A DNA stretch of 64,000 bases from Desulfatiglandales bacterium. Its GTDB lineage: Bacteria > Desulfobacterota > DSM-4660 > Desulfatiglandales > HGW-15. The stretch is from contig CAXXJJ010000004.1 of the NCBI GenBank assembly GCA_963667015.2, forward strand, positions 4,064,001-4,128,000, written 5' to 3'. Shown one piece after another: positions 11,261 to 22,035 of the stretch; positions within the stretch are counted from its first letter, which is position 1, and each line of letters begins with the position of its first letter. Under the pieces are notes generated by a model. That model did no database searches. It saw nothing but the letters and a program-made list of their open reading frames with translations, and was not told where the DNA came from. Position numbers and translations under genes: made by a program.

Positions 11261-12811
11261 ATGGAAGGATATTGGTTAGCTGCTATTATTGCTTTATCGA
11301 TTATTGTTTTTATGTTGCTTATGTTTCTGGCATCGCGCTACAAAAGATGCCCCTCTGATAAAATTCTTGTTATATTCGGAAAGGTTGGAAAAGATCAGTC
11401 AGCAGAATGTATCCATGGAGGCGGAACCCTTGTTATTCCACTCATACAGGACTATGCATACATGGACCTTACCCCCATGACAATTAACATTCCTCTGCAG
11501 AATGCCCTCTCCTTTCAGAATATTCGAATCAATGTACCAAGTACATTTACCGTTGGTGTGAGCACCGAACCGGGAATCATGAACAATGCCGCTGAAAGGC
11601 TTTTAAATCTTCCTCCTGAGGATATAGAGGAGATGGCAAAGGAGATCATTTTCGGCCAGCTCAGGCTTACTGTCGCCTCTCTTACAATTGAACAGATCAA
11701 CCAGGACAGAGAAAAATTTCTTGAAGAGATCAGGACAAATGTCGCACCTGAATTAAATAAGATAGGTCTTTATCTGATTAATGTTAACATTACCGATATC
11801 ACCGATGAGTCTACCTATATCGAAAGCATTGGTAAAAAAGCCGCATCAGAGGCAATCAACCAGGCAAAGATCGATGTAGCTGAACAGGATAAACACGGTG
11901 AAATTGGACAGGCGGTGGCAACCAAGGAGAGGGAAATAAAGGTTGCTGAAAATATTGCCGAGGCTGAAAAAGGCAAGAAAAAGGCTGATGCTGAACGAAG
12001 AGTGTATGTACAGCAGCAGGAAACCTCCGCGACAATCGGTGAAGCAGAAGCAAACAGGGAAAAAGAAATAAGGGTTGCTGAAAATGTTGCCGAGTCGGAG
12101 AAGGGAAAGAAAAAGGCCGAGGCAGAAAGACGTGTGTATGTACAGCAGCAGGAGGCCTCTGCTGTAGCAGGCGAAAATACTGCAAAGGCCGATATTGCAG
12201 AGTCAGAAGCAGAGCTTGCCATAAAAAAGGCGGACGCCTTTAAACGTGGTGAAGTTGCAAAACGTGCGGCTGCAGAAGAGATACAAAAGGCCCAGTACAA
12301 GGCCGAGGCAGAAAGGCTCAATGCTGAAGAGGTCGTTCAGAAGGAAATAGAAAAGCGTAAGATCGAGATAGCTGCCGAGGCCGAGGCAGAAAAAACAAGG
12401 CGTGAAGCAAAGGGGCAGGCCGATGCAACACTGCTCAAATATGAAGCAGAGGCAAAGGGTATCAAACAGGTGCTGGAAAGCAAGGCAGAAGGTTATGCAG
12501 AGCTTGTTAAGAGCTGTGACGGTGATGCCAAATCCGCGGCAACCCTGCTGATGATAGAAAAACTGGAAGACCTTGTAACAATGCAGGTTGAGGCAATCAA
12601 GAACCTCAAAATTGACAAGATCACGGTATGGGATTCCGGAGCAAACGGAAAAGATGGGAATACGACATCAAATTTCCTGTCAGGAATGGTTAAAAGTCTG
12701 CCCCCGCTTCATGATGTTGCAGAAATGGCAGGCCTTGACCTTCCAAAGTTCCTTGGTGACATGAAAAAAATAGAGAGAGTGGAAAAGCAGGAAAAGATAG
12801 TTGAAGAATAA
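11261..12811 (+). CDS. Flotillin / SPFH domain protein
   Basis: N-terminal TM, RYKRCPSD, SPFH domain, AE-rich coiled coil and KIDKITVWD. Confidence 0.92.
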   Translation: MEGYWLAAIIALSIIVFMLLMFLASRYKRCPSDKILVIFGKVGKDQSAECIHGGGTLVIPLIQDYAYMDLTPMTINIPLQNALSFQNIRINVPSTFTVGVSTEPGIMNNAAERLLNLPPEDIEEMAKEIIFGQLRLTVASLTIEQINQDREKFLEEIRTNVAPELNKIGLYLINVNITDITDESTYIESIGKKAASEAINQAKIDVAEQDKHGEIGQAVATKEREIKVAENIAEAEKGKKKADAERRVYVQQQETSATIGEAEANREKEIRVAENVAESEKGKKKAEAERRVYVQQQEASAVAGENTAKADIAESEAELAIKKADAFKRGEVAKRAAAEEIQKAQYKAEAERLNAEEVVQKEIEKRKIEIAAEAEAEKTRREAKGQADATLLKYEAEAKGIKQVLESKAEGYAELVKSCDGDAKSAATLLMIEKLEDLVTMQVEAIKNLKIDKITVWDSGANGKDGNTTSNFLSGMVKSLPPLHDVAEMAGLDLPKFLGDMKKIERVEKQEKIVEE

Positions 12812-12889
12812 TAGAATCACCGCTGTATGCATATAGTATAGCCGTTAAACCTGTTTATGATCCGGAATAATTTCTAAGTCTGTATCGTT

Positions 12890-12921
12890 CCTGGGGGCAC
12901 AGCGCACCGTGCCCCTTCAGG
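12890..12921. repeat. REP-like GC hairpin, possibly a terminator
   Basis: CCTGGGGGCAC-AGCGCACC-GTGCCCCTTCAGG. Confidence 0.5.
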
Positions 12922-13002
12922 TGTTCAGGATCAATGAATAATATCCATGTTCCGGCATATAAGGTCAAAAAATAACTTAAGAAATGGTCTCCTGTTTTCT
13001 CC

Positions 13003-13031
13003 TTGACAGAAACATGCCCTTTCCATATATT
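13003..13031 (+). promoter_or_regulatory. sigma70 promoter of efp
   Basis: TTGACA-N17-TATATT ending 32 nt upstream of the ATG. Confidence 0.65.
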
Positions 13032-13063
13032 TCCCCTCAACATTTTGAAATAAAGGAAAAATT

Positions 13064-13627
13064 ATGTACAACGCAAGTGACCTAAGAAAAGGTTTAAAGA
13101 TTCAGATAGACGGTGACCCCTATATTATCACCGATTTTACATTTTCCAAACCAGGGAAGGGGCAGGCCCTTTATAAATGTAAGCTTAAGAATATGATTAA
13201 CGGCTCAGGGTTTGAGCGCACCTACAGGTCCGGTGATTCATTTGAACCTGCCAACCTGGATGAACGCAATATGCAGTATCTCTATAATCAGGAAAATGAA
13301 TACTTTTTTATGGATCTTGCTAATTATGAGCAGGTTACACTAAATGAAGAGCAGGTTGGGGATGTTAAAAATTATTTAATAGACAACCTTGAAGTTGCGA
13401 TACTCTTATTTGGCGTCACACCGATCGGTATTACCCCGCCTAATTTTGTAAATCTGGTTGTTACCCAGGCAGATCCATGGGTAAAAGGCGATACCTCATC
13501 AGGCGACAGCAAACCCGTAACCCTTGAAACGGGCTATGTGCTCAGGGTTCCCCCCTTTGTTGAAGAGGGCACTAAGATACAGGTGGACACCCGCACAGGT
13601 GAATATGTAACAAGGGTAAAGGAATAA
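13064..13627 (+). CDS. efp: Elongation factor P
   Basis: KPGKGQA loop, KGDT, LETG, VPPF and DTRTGEYV motifs. Confidence 0.97.
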   Translation: MYNASDLRKGLKIQIDGDPYIITDFTFSKPGKGQALYKCKLKNMINGSGFERTYRSGDSFEPANLDERNMQYLYNQENEYFFMDLANYEQVTLNEEQVGDVKNYLIDNLEVAILLFGVTPIGITPPNFVNLVVTQADPWVKGDTSSGDSKPVTLETGYVLRVPPFVEEGTKIQVDTRTGEYVTRVKE

Positions 13628-13635
13628 CCTTACAA

Positions 13636-14538
13636 TTGTATAACCGATCCCGCCTTTTTTTACGTGCACAGATAATACAATCCATAAGAAGTTTTTTTAT
13701 AAGCAGGGGTTATCTTGAAGTAGAGACCCCTGTTATTATTCCTGCTCCTGCCCCGGAAGCCAATATAGATGCAATAAAAACAGAAGGAGGATTTTTACAG
13801 ACCTCTCCCGAATTGTGCATGAAAAGGCTCCTGTCTGCTGGTTATGAAAAGATATTTCAGATTTGTAAATGTTTCAGGAACGCGGAAAGAGGCCATCTTC
13901 ACCTGCCCGAGTTTACCATGCTCGAGTGGTACCGGGCCGGGGCGGATTATTTATATCTTATGGATGAATGCCGGAGCATGATAAAATATGTTTTGGATGA
14001 ACTCGGCATGAGTGCCATAATAGAATATCAGGGCTGCTCTATTAATCTTTCAGGCGAATGGGAAAGGATAACAGTAAATGACGCCTTTAAAAAATGCACG
14101 GGCACGACTCCTGAAAAGGCCATTGAATCAGGAGATTATGATGAAATAATGGTGTCTGAGATCGAACCCTCGTTAAATAATGGAAGGCCTGTTTTTTTGT
14201 ATAACTATCCTGCATCACAGGCAGCGCTTGCAAAGGTAAGTGAGGATGATCCTCAAATAGCAGAGAGGTTTGAGCTTTACATTGGAGGACTTGAGCTGGC
14301 AAATGCCTTTTCCGAACTGACCGATGCCGACGAGCAGGAAAAACGGTTTGTGGAAGAATCTGAAAACAGAAAAAATGCAGGCAAAACTCAATATCCCTTC
14401 CCCGAAAAGTTTATAAACGACCTTGAGCATATGCCCGCATCTGCAGGAATCGCATTTGGCATAGACAGGCTTATAATGCTTCTCACCAACAGTGCTGCTA
14501 TTGATGACGCAGTCACATTTACTCCGGAAAAACTGTAA
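13636..14538 (+). CDS. epmA: EF-P beta-lysyl ligase
   Basis: LQTSPELCMKRLL, FRN.E.G..H.PEFTMLEWY, ERFELY...ELAN; adjacent to efp. Confidence 0.93.
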   Translation: MYNRSRLFLRAQIIQSIRSFFISRGYLEVETPVIIPAPAPEANIDAIKTEGGFLQTSPELCMKRLLSAGYEKIFQICKCFRNAERGHLHLPEFTMLEWYRAGADYLYLMDECRSMIKYVLDELGMSAIIEYQGCSINLSGEWERITVNDAFKKCTGTTPEKAIESGDYDEIMVSEIEPSLNNGRPVFLYNYPASQAALAKVSEDDPQIAERFELYIGGLELANAFSELTDADEQEKRFVEESENRKNAGKTQYPFPEKFINDLEHMPASAGIAFGIDRLIMLLTNSAAIDDAVTFTPEKL

Positions 14539-14702
14539 GTTTTTATTTTCCCCTGCACGACTCAACGCTTACCATGGACATAGTATCCGATTGTTATTAT
14601 TTAGTTTAATATTGTGGGGACAAAATACTCACATAGCTGTGGCCTAAAAGAGTCAAAATACATATCTTATTGAATTAACAGTTAAAAATCTAAACGATCC
14701 TT

Positions 14703-14719
14703 TTGGCATGATTTTCGCT
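14703..14719 (+). promoter_or_regulatory. Putative sigma54 promoter
   Basis: TTGGCATGATTTTCGCT, GG-N10-GC. Confidence 0.55.
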
Positions 14720-14756
14720 CTTTACTAAGATAACAAACAGGAAAGGAGAAAAAATC

Positions 14757-14879
14757 ATGGAAGCTATAAAAAGGTCTCATCATATTTTTTTTGAAGTATT
14801 ATATATTCTTACAGACAGGTTTCCCGGACTTTTTGCATTATTGTTTACACTTGCGATTATTGCCGGGCTTATCAGGTAA
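14757..14879 (+). CDS. 40-aa small membrane protein (not in the ORF track)
   Basis: SD GAAAGGAG; MEAIKRSHHIFFEVLYILTDRFPGLFALLFTLAIIAGLIR with a hydrophobic C-terminal half. Confidence 0.55.
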   Translation: MEAIKRSHHIFFEVLYILTDRFPGLFALLFTLAIIAGLIR

Positions 14880-15327
14880 TGCTCAGCAGAATGCAGGCAG
14901 GACAGGATAGGGTGGTCTGCTTCCGGTCATTGGAAACGATTTATTTAGACAATTAATTGTTAAAATGTCGTGTAAAAGCAGGCCATCAAAGTCCTATGCC
15001 ATAGGTGCCGATATTTGTATCAGTAGTTTGATGTCAGTCATATTTATCAGCCAGGGGTGCATGTGCTGGTCACACACACAGACCGTTCATTATCAGCGAA
15101 TCGGAGGGGGGAGGATTTACCAATTCATTGATTTCCAAAGCCGGATCTTTACGGCCTGTGCGTGTAATGCATAGTAAAAATTGCATATCAACCAGGTAAG
15201 AAAACTATTCAAAAGACAAATATAATAATATTCGCATTTTGAATAGTTTATTAATATTTATAAAATAATAAAATGTAAACTGCAGAAAACAGACAATAAA
15301 ACTACAATAAAATATTGTACCAATGCG

Positions 15328-17070
15328 TTAAGGTTTTTGAAGGGACAGAAGATAGGTTCTCAGGTTGGATTTTTTATCCAATCCCAGCTTTTTCCGGAGG
15401 TTAGCCCTGTGGGCTACAATCGTCCTTTCGGTAGTATTAAGGATATCTGCAATCTCTTTTGAGGTCCTGCCGTCTTTCACAAAATTGCCTACCTGTAATT
15501 CTCTGGGGGTAATATGCATATATCTGGAGGTCAGCCTCTGTGCAAAGGGCGAAACAATCTCCTGAAGACCTGATTCAACAAGTCCTATATAATTTCTCTG
15601 ACTCTCGCTCAAGGGACCGTTTTTCAATTTGTTAACATAGGGAATTAAAAGTTCCTTTACATTGAGAAGTATTTTTTCGCTGTTTTCCTCTTTATCAATT
15701 TCTCTTCTTTCAAGGAGGATTTTAAGGGCTGTATTGAGTTCTTCCAGGCTTTTTGTTTTATCCTGCAAATCTTCATTGACCTTTTGTAACTCCTGAGTAC
15801 GCTCTCCTACACGCTGCTCCAAAACATCATGGGCCCTTTTGAGTTCCTCTTCCATTTTTCTTCGCATGGTGATATCTCGTGCAATGCTGGTAACATCAAC
15901 CAGGTTTCCATGAGAATCATAGTGAAAATTGCTGGTCCACAGTAAATGGCGAATTTCTCCGGTTACACTCACCTGTCTGTTTTCAAAGGTCAGGCCTGTA
16001 GCATTTTTTTCAACGGATTCATCTACAAGCCTTCGGGTACGATCCTTATCATCAGGATGGATACATTTTGAAATATGCATACCAATGATGTCCTCCTGAG
16101 GCAGGCCAAAAATTTTGTTTGCCATATAGTTTGCAAAAGTTATTTTTCCGCTATGGTCAACCTGTATTATCAAGTCATCCGTGCCTTCAACTATTTCCTT
16201 GTACTTTTCCTCACTCTTTTTGAGTTCCTCCTCCGCCTGATCCTTCTCTGTGATACTTTCAAAAATACAGGCGAACTGTCTTTCTTCTGGTTGATAGGCT
16301 GTAATCACAAAGTGATGTCCCGTGTATTTGCTGACAAAATCAAAGGAAACAGGTTCTCCGGTAATGGCAACCCTTCCATAGGTCTCAATTAAAAAGGGAT
16401 CTGTATCGGGAAATATTTCCAGCGCTGTTTTACCTATTAAAACATCAGCCTTGAACCCTGTTATACTTTCAAAGGCAGGATTTACATCTAAAAAGCGGTA
16501 GTCAACCGGTTTCCCGTTTTCATCGCAGATAATTTCATGAAGTGCACATCCGTTAAGCATTTTTTCAAACAGGGCATGGTATTTGTATTCACTCTCGCGC
16601 AGGGCCTTCTCGGTTTGCCTGCTTGTTGTGATATCCCTGTAAATATGAACCGCACCATCATAATGGCCGTTACTTTCCAGGATTGGGTCAACTATTACCT
16701 GAAGCCATCCATCGTTGTGATTGAGTTCCATATTTTCCCTGGCATGACTTTTTTCAGATCTCAGGCATGGACAACCCTTAATCCTGTCATTATTGCATTT
16801 AACAACCTCCCAGCAGGATTTGCCGATCATTTCAGCAACCGGCAGTTGAAAGAGCACTTCTGATGTTCTATTGGCCTGCACAACGCACTGCTTAGAGTCT
16901 AAAATCAGGATAGCATCATTGATCGTATTAAATGCCGCAGACCACACATTTGCTTTTGATGTTAGTTCATCGTCAGGAACGCTGTTTTTAGTTTTTGTGT
17001 TTCCCTGTTCCATTATTTTTATTGAGCGTTTCCAGTATTTGATAAGTGTTGAGAGGTCATCTGCTTCCAC
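15328..17070 (-). CDS. Multi-PAS LuxR-family transcriptional regulator (start may be ATG 17013)
   Basis: Three PAS domains, a coiled coil and a C-terminal HTH (TPRELQV...KEIADIL...[10 protein letters not shown]). Confidence 0.88.
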   Translation of the reverse strand: MEADDLSTLIKYWKRSIKIMEQGNTKTKNSVPDDELTSKANVWSAAFNTINDAILILDSKQCVVQANRTSEVLFQLPVAEMIGKSCWEVVKCNNDRIKGCPCLRSEKSHARENMELNHNDGWLQVIVDPILESNGHYDGAVHIYRDITTSRQTEKALRESEYKYHALFEKMLNGCALHEIICDENGKPVDYRFLDVNPAFESITGFKADVLIGKTALEIFPDTDPFLIETYGRVAITGEPVSFDFVSKYTGHHFVITAYQPEERQFACIFESITEKDQAEEELKKSEEKYKEIVEGTDDLIIQVDHSGKITFANYMANKIFGLPQEDIIGMHISKCIHPDDKDRTRRLVDESVEKNATGLTFENRQVSVTGEIRHLLWTSNFHYDSHGNLVDVTSIARDITMRRKMEEELKRAHDVLEQRVGERTQELQKVNEDLQDKTKSLEELNTALKILLERREIDKEENSEKILLNVKELLIPYVNKLKNGPLSESQRNYIGLVESGLQEIVSPFAQRLTSRYMHITPRELQVGNFVKDGRTSKEIADILNTTERTIVAHRANLRKKLGLDKKSNLRTYLLSLQKP

Positions 17071-17162
17071 TGAGGGGTAAATACACTAATCAGAAAAGAC
17101 CATATGTTTTTCGCATTATTATTAATGGGTAAAATGATGTCAATAAATTTTGAATAGGAATT

Positions 17163-17445
17163 AAGACTACAGCAATAATCGGTTACGGTACATATCTTCA
17201 ACTGGAATTTTGATTTTGCAGGAACCTCAAAACTGTCTCCGCCTTTTACAGATTTCCAGCCGCTGTCAGGTAAAAGTATCTCCATTTCTCCGGACAGGAT
17301 TTCCATGATCTCTTTATCTTCCGTGCCAAATTCATATTCACCAGGAAGCATTATCCCAAGTGTTTTCTTTGTACCGTCATTAAATAAAACAGAACGGCCT
17401 TCCATCAAAGTAGATATCGATTCTTGTACAGAGATTTTTTCCAGG
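17163..17445 (-). pseudogene. ppnP: Pyrimidine/purine nucleoside phosphorylase remnant
   Basis: [25 protein letters not shown]...TDYCCS is PpnP/YaiE-like; the upstream IYFDG motif (17401-17415) is in another frame; the native start and stop are lost. Confidence 0.75.
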
Positions 17446-17765
17446 TATCAGTCTGGTGTCGACCCGGCGACTCTGTCCTTCAGTAACTTACATACACTGG
17501 TAGATGGTACGCTTTGTGCAAAAATATCCATGATGTATTTTATAGGAAGATAAATATTTTTTAAAAGGTTGTTTAGTTTCATGTTTAGTCTGGTTTTTCA
17601 GAGGTTTTGAAATTACTTGCGGATATGTGCCGAAAAAAGGGAGAAACAGGCCTGGATTGCATGAAAGAGAGGTGATGGAATATTAAAAATATTTTAATCT
17701 GGGTAAAAAGCTTCTGCCAAATCGATAATTAACCATTTGACGAAGTAATATTCTGAGGGAGGGAT

Positions 17766-19793
17766 ATGAAAATGCAGATGTATAAAAAAAATCAATCTGT
17801 GTATAAAAAAGGATACTTTAATAATATCAATATCATGGCAAGATCTCTGATCACTAGTATGATTTTGCTCATGTTTTTCACAACACCTGCTATGGCCCGG
17901 GGAGGGGAAAGGTACAGCACCGAAAAAGCCTGGTCTTTCGGTGTTATGGGAGATACCAGGTGGACCCTGGATGAAGATCCGAACGGAGAGAACCCGGATT
18001 ATGTGAGTGCGGCCATTGCAAAGGCTCTGAACGATAAGTTCATTGATTATGGCGTAAAGTTCGTCATACAGGTGGGAGACCTGTCGGACAGAGGCGGTGA
18101 TGATGCGATGTATACAAGGGCGAAGTCAGTACAGCCGCTTTATGATGCCGGGGTTGGATTTTTTCCTTTGCGCGGAGACCACGAAACATATGGAGCGTTC
18201 AATGGCCTTGATCCTGATTCTAATATGAATATCCCGGCCTATCTAAATGCCTTTCCCCAGACTCGAGGGATTGATAATATCTTTGGTGCAAAAAATTTCA
18301 GCAGTCCGGCGATAGATGAATTGAATGGACTGAGCTACTCCTTTGATTATGGTGAAGAGGGCAGCAATGCGAGATTTGTAATCGTTGATGTCGAGGTAAC
18401 GTCCTCCGGCAGTGGAGCAAAGGCATCAGGCCATCCGGTATATGGTCAGGAGTATTTCTATATACTGTGGAGTGTTTACAGGATGGATGAAGATTTAACT
18501 TATACAGAGGGTGGAGAAGAGTTTACAATCCCCGCTGGTACATGGTTTCGTATTGACGACAATACCGGATACCCAACTACATATTTTTATGACTTTGATA
18601 AACAATGGTCAATAGATGTTTATGCTACTATCGTAGACAATGGGACCTCCTCCGTAACTGCCGAAACCAGATTCCTGCCTGGCGATCAACAGGAATGGAT
18701 AAGCAGTCAGCTGGACATTGCTAACCGTGGCACTGAGCATGCATTTGTATTGTCCCACAAGGGATTAATGGGTGAAGGCAGCCTGGACAGCCTGTTTGGA
18801 GACAGCCCTGATTCAGAACCTGATGATCAGAACATATTTTATGCCAGTCTGATGGACAACGGTGTAAAATATATGATTTCCGGTCACGATCAAATGCATA
18901 ATCGTGCTCTTGTAGAAAGCCCGGACAGTTTGTCAGATGTTGAGCAAATCATTTCAGCAGGTGCAGGGACAGAGTCCTATGATCCTGCACCATTAACTTA
19001 TTTCGGTGAAGTAAAAAAACGGGAGACACCCCTTTCTCAGGAACTTCTCAATATTGGTTATTATATCTACACCGTCGACGGCCCGCGTGTAACAGTTGAT
19101 TACTATTCCGGTTCTGTTGATAATTTTGTCAAAAAAGAAACCTGGGGATACAGTAATAATGGTCAGCAGTTTCTTATTCCTCAGGGCGGTTCATATAAGG
19201 TTGTATCCGACAGATTTAATAATACAACTGCTAAAATTCTCAATGGTGAAAATAACAGCGCAGCCACTGACTATACGCCTGAAGAAATTGATGACAACGG
19301 AACACCGGGTGATACCCGAGACGATATAATCCTCAGTGCGCCCCGCCCTCTTGTTAAATCAGTTAATACGGGCTGGGTCGAAAAGCCGGCAAAAGATCGA
19401 AATAGATTCGGAAGTGACATCCTGTCTCTGTGGGGGATGGCGGATGTCGGTACTGAGCAAACCGACACTTATGTTCTGTCAATGTCCTACAATTTCAGGA
19501 CCGGGTGGCATTTCAGGGGAGGACTATTCGGTATTGCAGCACTGGACTCCAGAGGAAGATGGAGGAATGCAGTAGATTTAAATTTTGGTGGAAAAAGAAG
19601 GTTTATACTCGGGCCCTATAAACCCCGGTATAAACTTGGAACATATGGAATTGATCCCTCTACAAAGACAGTGTGGGCAGTAGTAAACTACAACGCTGAT
19701 TTCGCCGTAACAACAGGTATTAATCGTGCTTCCTATTTTGACTGGCTCATTCAATGGCGATTGAACAGGGTGTGGGGCAAAAAATGGAAATAA
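17766..19793 (+). CDS. Secreted metallophosphoesterase-domain protein
   Basis: Signal peptide; FGVMGDT, QVGDL, RGDHE, SHK and SGHD motifs. Confidence 0.75.
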   Translation: MKMQMYKKNQSVYKKGYFNNINIMARSLITSMILLMFFTTPAMARGGERYSTEKAWSFGVMGDTRWTLDEDPNGENPDYVSAAIAKALNDKFIDYGVKFVIQVGDLSDRGGDDAMYTRAKSVQPLYDAGVGFFPLRGDHETYGAFNGLDPDSNMNIPAYLNAFPQTRGIDNIFGAKNFSSPAIDELNGLSYSFDYGEEGSNARFVIVDVEVTSSGSGAKASGHPVYGQEYFYILWSVYRMDEDLTYTEGGEEFTIPAGTWFRIDDNTGYPTTYFYDFDKQWSIDVYATIVDNGTSSVTAETRFLPGDQQEWISSQLDIANRGTEHAFVLSHKGLMGEGSLDSLFGDSPDSEPDDQNIFYASLMDNGVKYMISGHDQMHNRALVESPDSLSDVEQIISAGAGTESYDPAPLTYFGEVKKRETPLSQELLNIGYYIYTVDGPRVTVDYYSGSVDNFVKKETWGYSNNGQQFLIPQGGSYKVVSDRFNNTTAKILNGENNSAATDYTPEEIDDNGTPGDTRDDIILSAPRPLVKSVNTGWVEKPAKDRNRFGSDILSLWGMADVGTEQTDTYVLSMSYNFRTGWHFRGGLFGIAALDSRGRWRNAVDLNFGGKRRFILGPYKPRYKLGTYGIDPSTKTVWAVVNYNADFAVTTGINRASYFDWLIQWRLNRVWGKKWK

Positions 19794-19847
19794 TTATTTG
19801 CGCGGGTGAGTAATCTCTATTTATAAATAATGAACTTTCAGGGTAGA

Positions 19848-19881
19848 TAAAAAAGCCCTGCCGGTAAAAGGCAGGGCTTTC
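19848..19881. terminator. Rho-independent terminator, probably bidirectional
   Basis: AAAAAAGCCCTGCC-GGTAAAA-GGCAGGGCTTT between convergent genes. Confidence 0.75.
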
Positions 19882-19935
19882 AAAGGGTTTGAGAAATATG
19901 TTTGCACTTAATCAGGTTCTAGCCGGAAAAAATCA

Positions 19936-20577
19936 TTATTTTTTATGATCAGCTTTTCCTTTTTCTCTTTCCGGGGCATCAATTTTATCCAATCGTTTAC
20001 TTATTTTCCTGATTTTAATATCCAGATTTTTTAATGTTTCCTGAATTCTATGTAATGTTCTTGCCTGTTCGTTAATCAGATCTCTGTATTCAGCAACATA
20101 GCTGGCTGAACGCTCAGCCGAACCGGCTTTCTCAGCGGCCTGTAGAGCTGCTCGGTGAGAAGATTCTGCAGCTTTTTCAGAATTTCTTACAAGGTTTGAT
20201 AATTCAATGATTGTTGAATTCCACGCGATATTCAATTGTCTAAACTCATTTACGACATTTTGAGACACTGAAGTTCTTAAATTTTCCGAGATTAACATCC
20301 TGTCATTTTCGGATTCGCGGAACAGTTTATCAATACTACCGGTTATATAGTCAATATCATTTTTTGTCTTCTCAATTGACTTCCTGTATTTTTCTGCTGC
20401 CAGTACATTTTCAGAGAACAATTTCTGTAATCCAGGATTATAGGCTTCTTTAAACAATGCCATATCATTTTTTAATTGTTTGTTTTCAAGGCTGAGCTGT
20501 TGATAGTCAGATTTGCTTGCACAACCAGAGGCAAACACTATTAAAAGCATGACAAATAAATAAAAAATTTTTTTCAT
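19936..20577 (-). CDS. Coiled-coil lipoprotein of unknown function
   Basis: Lipobox ASGC followed by helical, charged sequence. Confidence 0.7.
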   Translation of the reverse strand: MKKIFYLFVMLLIVFASGCASKSDYQQLSLENKQLKNDMALFKEAYNPGLQKLFSENVLAAEKYRKSIEKTKNDIDYITGSIDKLFRESENDRMLISENLRTSVSQNVVNEFRQLNIAWNSTIIELSNLVRNSEKAAESSHRAALQAAEKAGSAERSASYVAEYRDLINEQARTLHRIQETLKNLDIKIRKISKRLDKIDAPEREKGKADHKK

Positions 20578-20715
20578 AGAACGGCTCCGTCTTTTTATAT
20601 AAAATAATTTCTCTCCTAAGTTATAAAAGGCCCTGTTTGAACAGACACCAAATAATCAGATATGATCGATTATTTTTATTGCATGTCAAAAGATCTGCAA
20701 CCCCGGCGGTGTTGT

Positions 20716-20853
20716 TCATTCATCACAGAGAGAGTTCCTGATTTGAAAGGGGATGTTTTTCTCTATCAGTGTGATATATACTGACATTGCATAGGGGCTT
20801 ATGAACCGCGAATCAACATAAAGCACAATATCTTCTTTTACCAAAATTCCCAT
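20716..20853 (-). pseudogene. Truncated glutathione S-transferase (YfcF-like) N-terminus, 45 aa
   Basis: SD GGAGG, then MGILVKEDIVLYVDSRFISPYAMSVYITLIEKNIPF, resembling the YfcF-type N-terminus, then an early TGA. Confidence 0.6.
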
Positions 20854-21080
20854 TAGCCTCCATATGTTCTGTAATTATGAGCACTTAAGACGTGTTCAAA
20901 AATTTAAAACATAACCTGTTTGTTTTGTCAAAAAGAATTAATGGTATAGAAGTGCTGTGGGTTATTTCATGGCTGTCATAAAACTCCGGAACACAGCAGC
21001 CAATAGTCTTCCCGAAATCATAAAAGGGATTTCAATGGGGGGCAAAAATTTTACATTGAAATCCCTTTGTTCCTGCAGTC

Positions 21081-21707
21081 TTACATGCCTATCGGTGGGG
21101 TTCCCTTGCGGGGAAGATCTTTTGACGGGTGAGGATGCAGTATCGGTTTTTTACGAAATATTCTGGTGTCACGCATGCTTTTTAGAATGTCTATGCTGTC
21201 CCTGTACCCCTGAGTGACCCGGCACATCTCCAGGGCCATGGCTACTATCTGGGCGACTGCCTGGACAAAATTCAGATCATCCAGTGTAAACTCCCATGGG
21301 TCAGCGGTGTAGACCCTCATGCACCCTATTACCCTCTCTCCTATTATCATAGGAACTGAAAGTATTGAGGATATACCTTCCTTTACAGCCGCCTCAGGAT
21401 ACTGTATCCTGGGGTCATCCGCCACATCAAAAATAGCAACGGGTTTTCCATCCTCAATAGAAGATGCAATGGAGCGCATTGCGCTGATAGGGCCTTTGTC
21501 AAGGTATTCCCGGCTGAGACCATAACTTCCGGCCAGTTTTAATTCATGACTGGTCGGCTTGAATAGAAACAGGGCGCAGCCTTTAAAATTAAGGGCATGA
21601 CATACTCCATCAACTGCAACCAGAACCATCTCCTCCGGGTCTCTAAGCTTGGGGAGAGCCTTTGTTAAACGGATAAGTGTTTCATAATTCATTATTGGCC
21701 TTTCCAT
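21081..21707 (-). CDS. GAF domain protein
   Basis: SYGLSREYLDKGP, DPRIQYPEAAVKEGISSILSVP and G.MRVYT. Confidence 0.85.
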   Translation of the reverse strand: MERPIMNYETLIRLTKALPKLRDPEEMVLVAVDGVCHALNFKGCALFLFKPTSHELKLAGSYGLSREYLDKGPISAMRSIASSIEDGKPVAIFDVADDPRIQYPEAAVKEGISSILSVPMIIGERVIGCMRVYTADPWEFTLDDLNFVQAVAQIVAMALEMCRVTQGYRDSIDILKSMRDTRIFRKKPILHPHPSKDLPRKGTPPIGM

Positions 21708-22035
21708 GTTGACCTCCTTTTCGTTAGATTGTTAAACAACATTATGTTGCCAACATCCGGGCCGAATCTTCAAATAATCTGAAAATCCGTACCTGTTGAA
21801 AATCCTTTTCTCAATATGAAACAGGCAGCAGGTCAGGGAAATAATATGTATTTCACTTCATCCGTTTATTAAACTGAAGAGCGTCTGAACTATAGATCGT
21901 GAGATATTTGTAAACAGTTCCGAAGTAATTGGAGTAGAAATGGAAATTTAGGAGTTATGTAGTAAAATCATCCTGATACAGCTGGAAATTACTCAATATC
22001 AGATGCCTATATTAGATCAGATTATATTTATTGTG

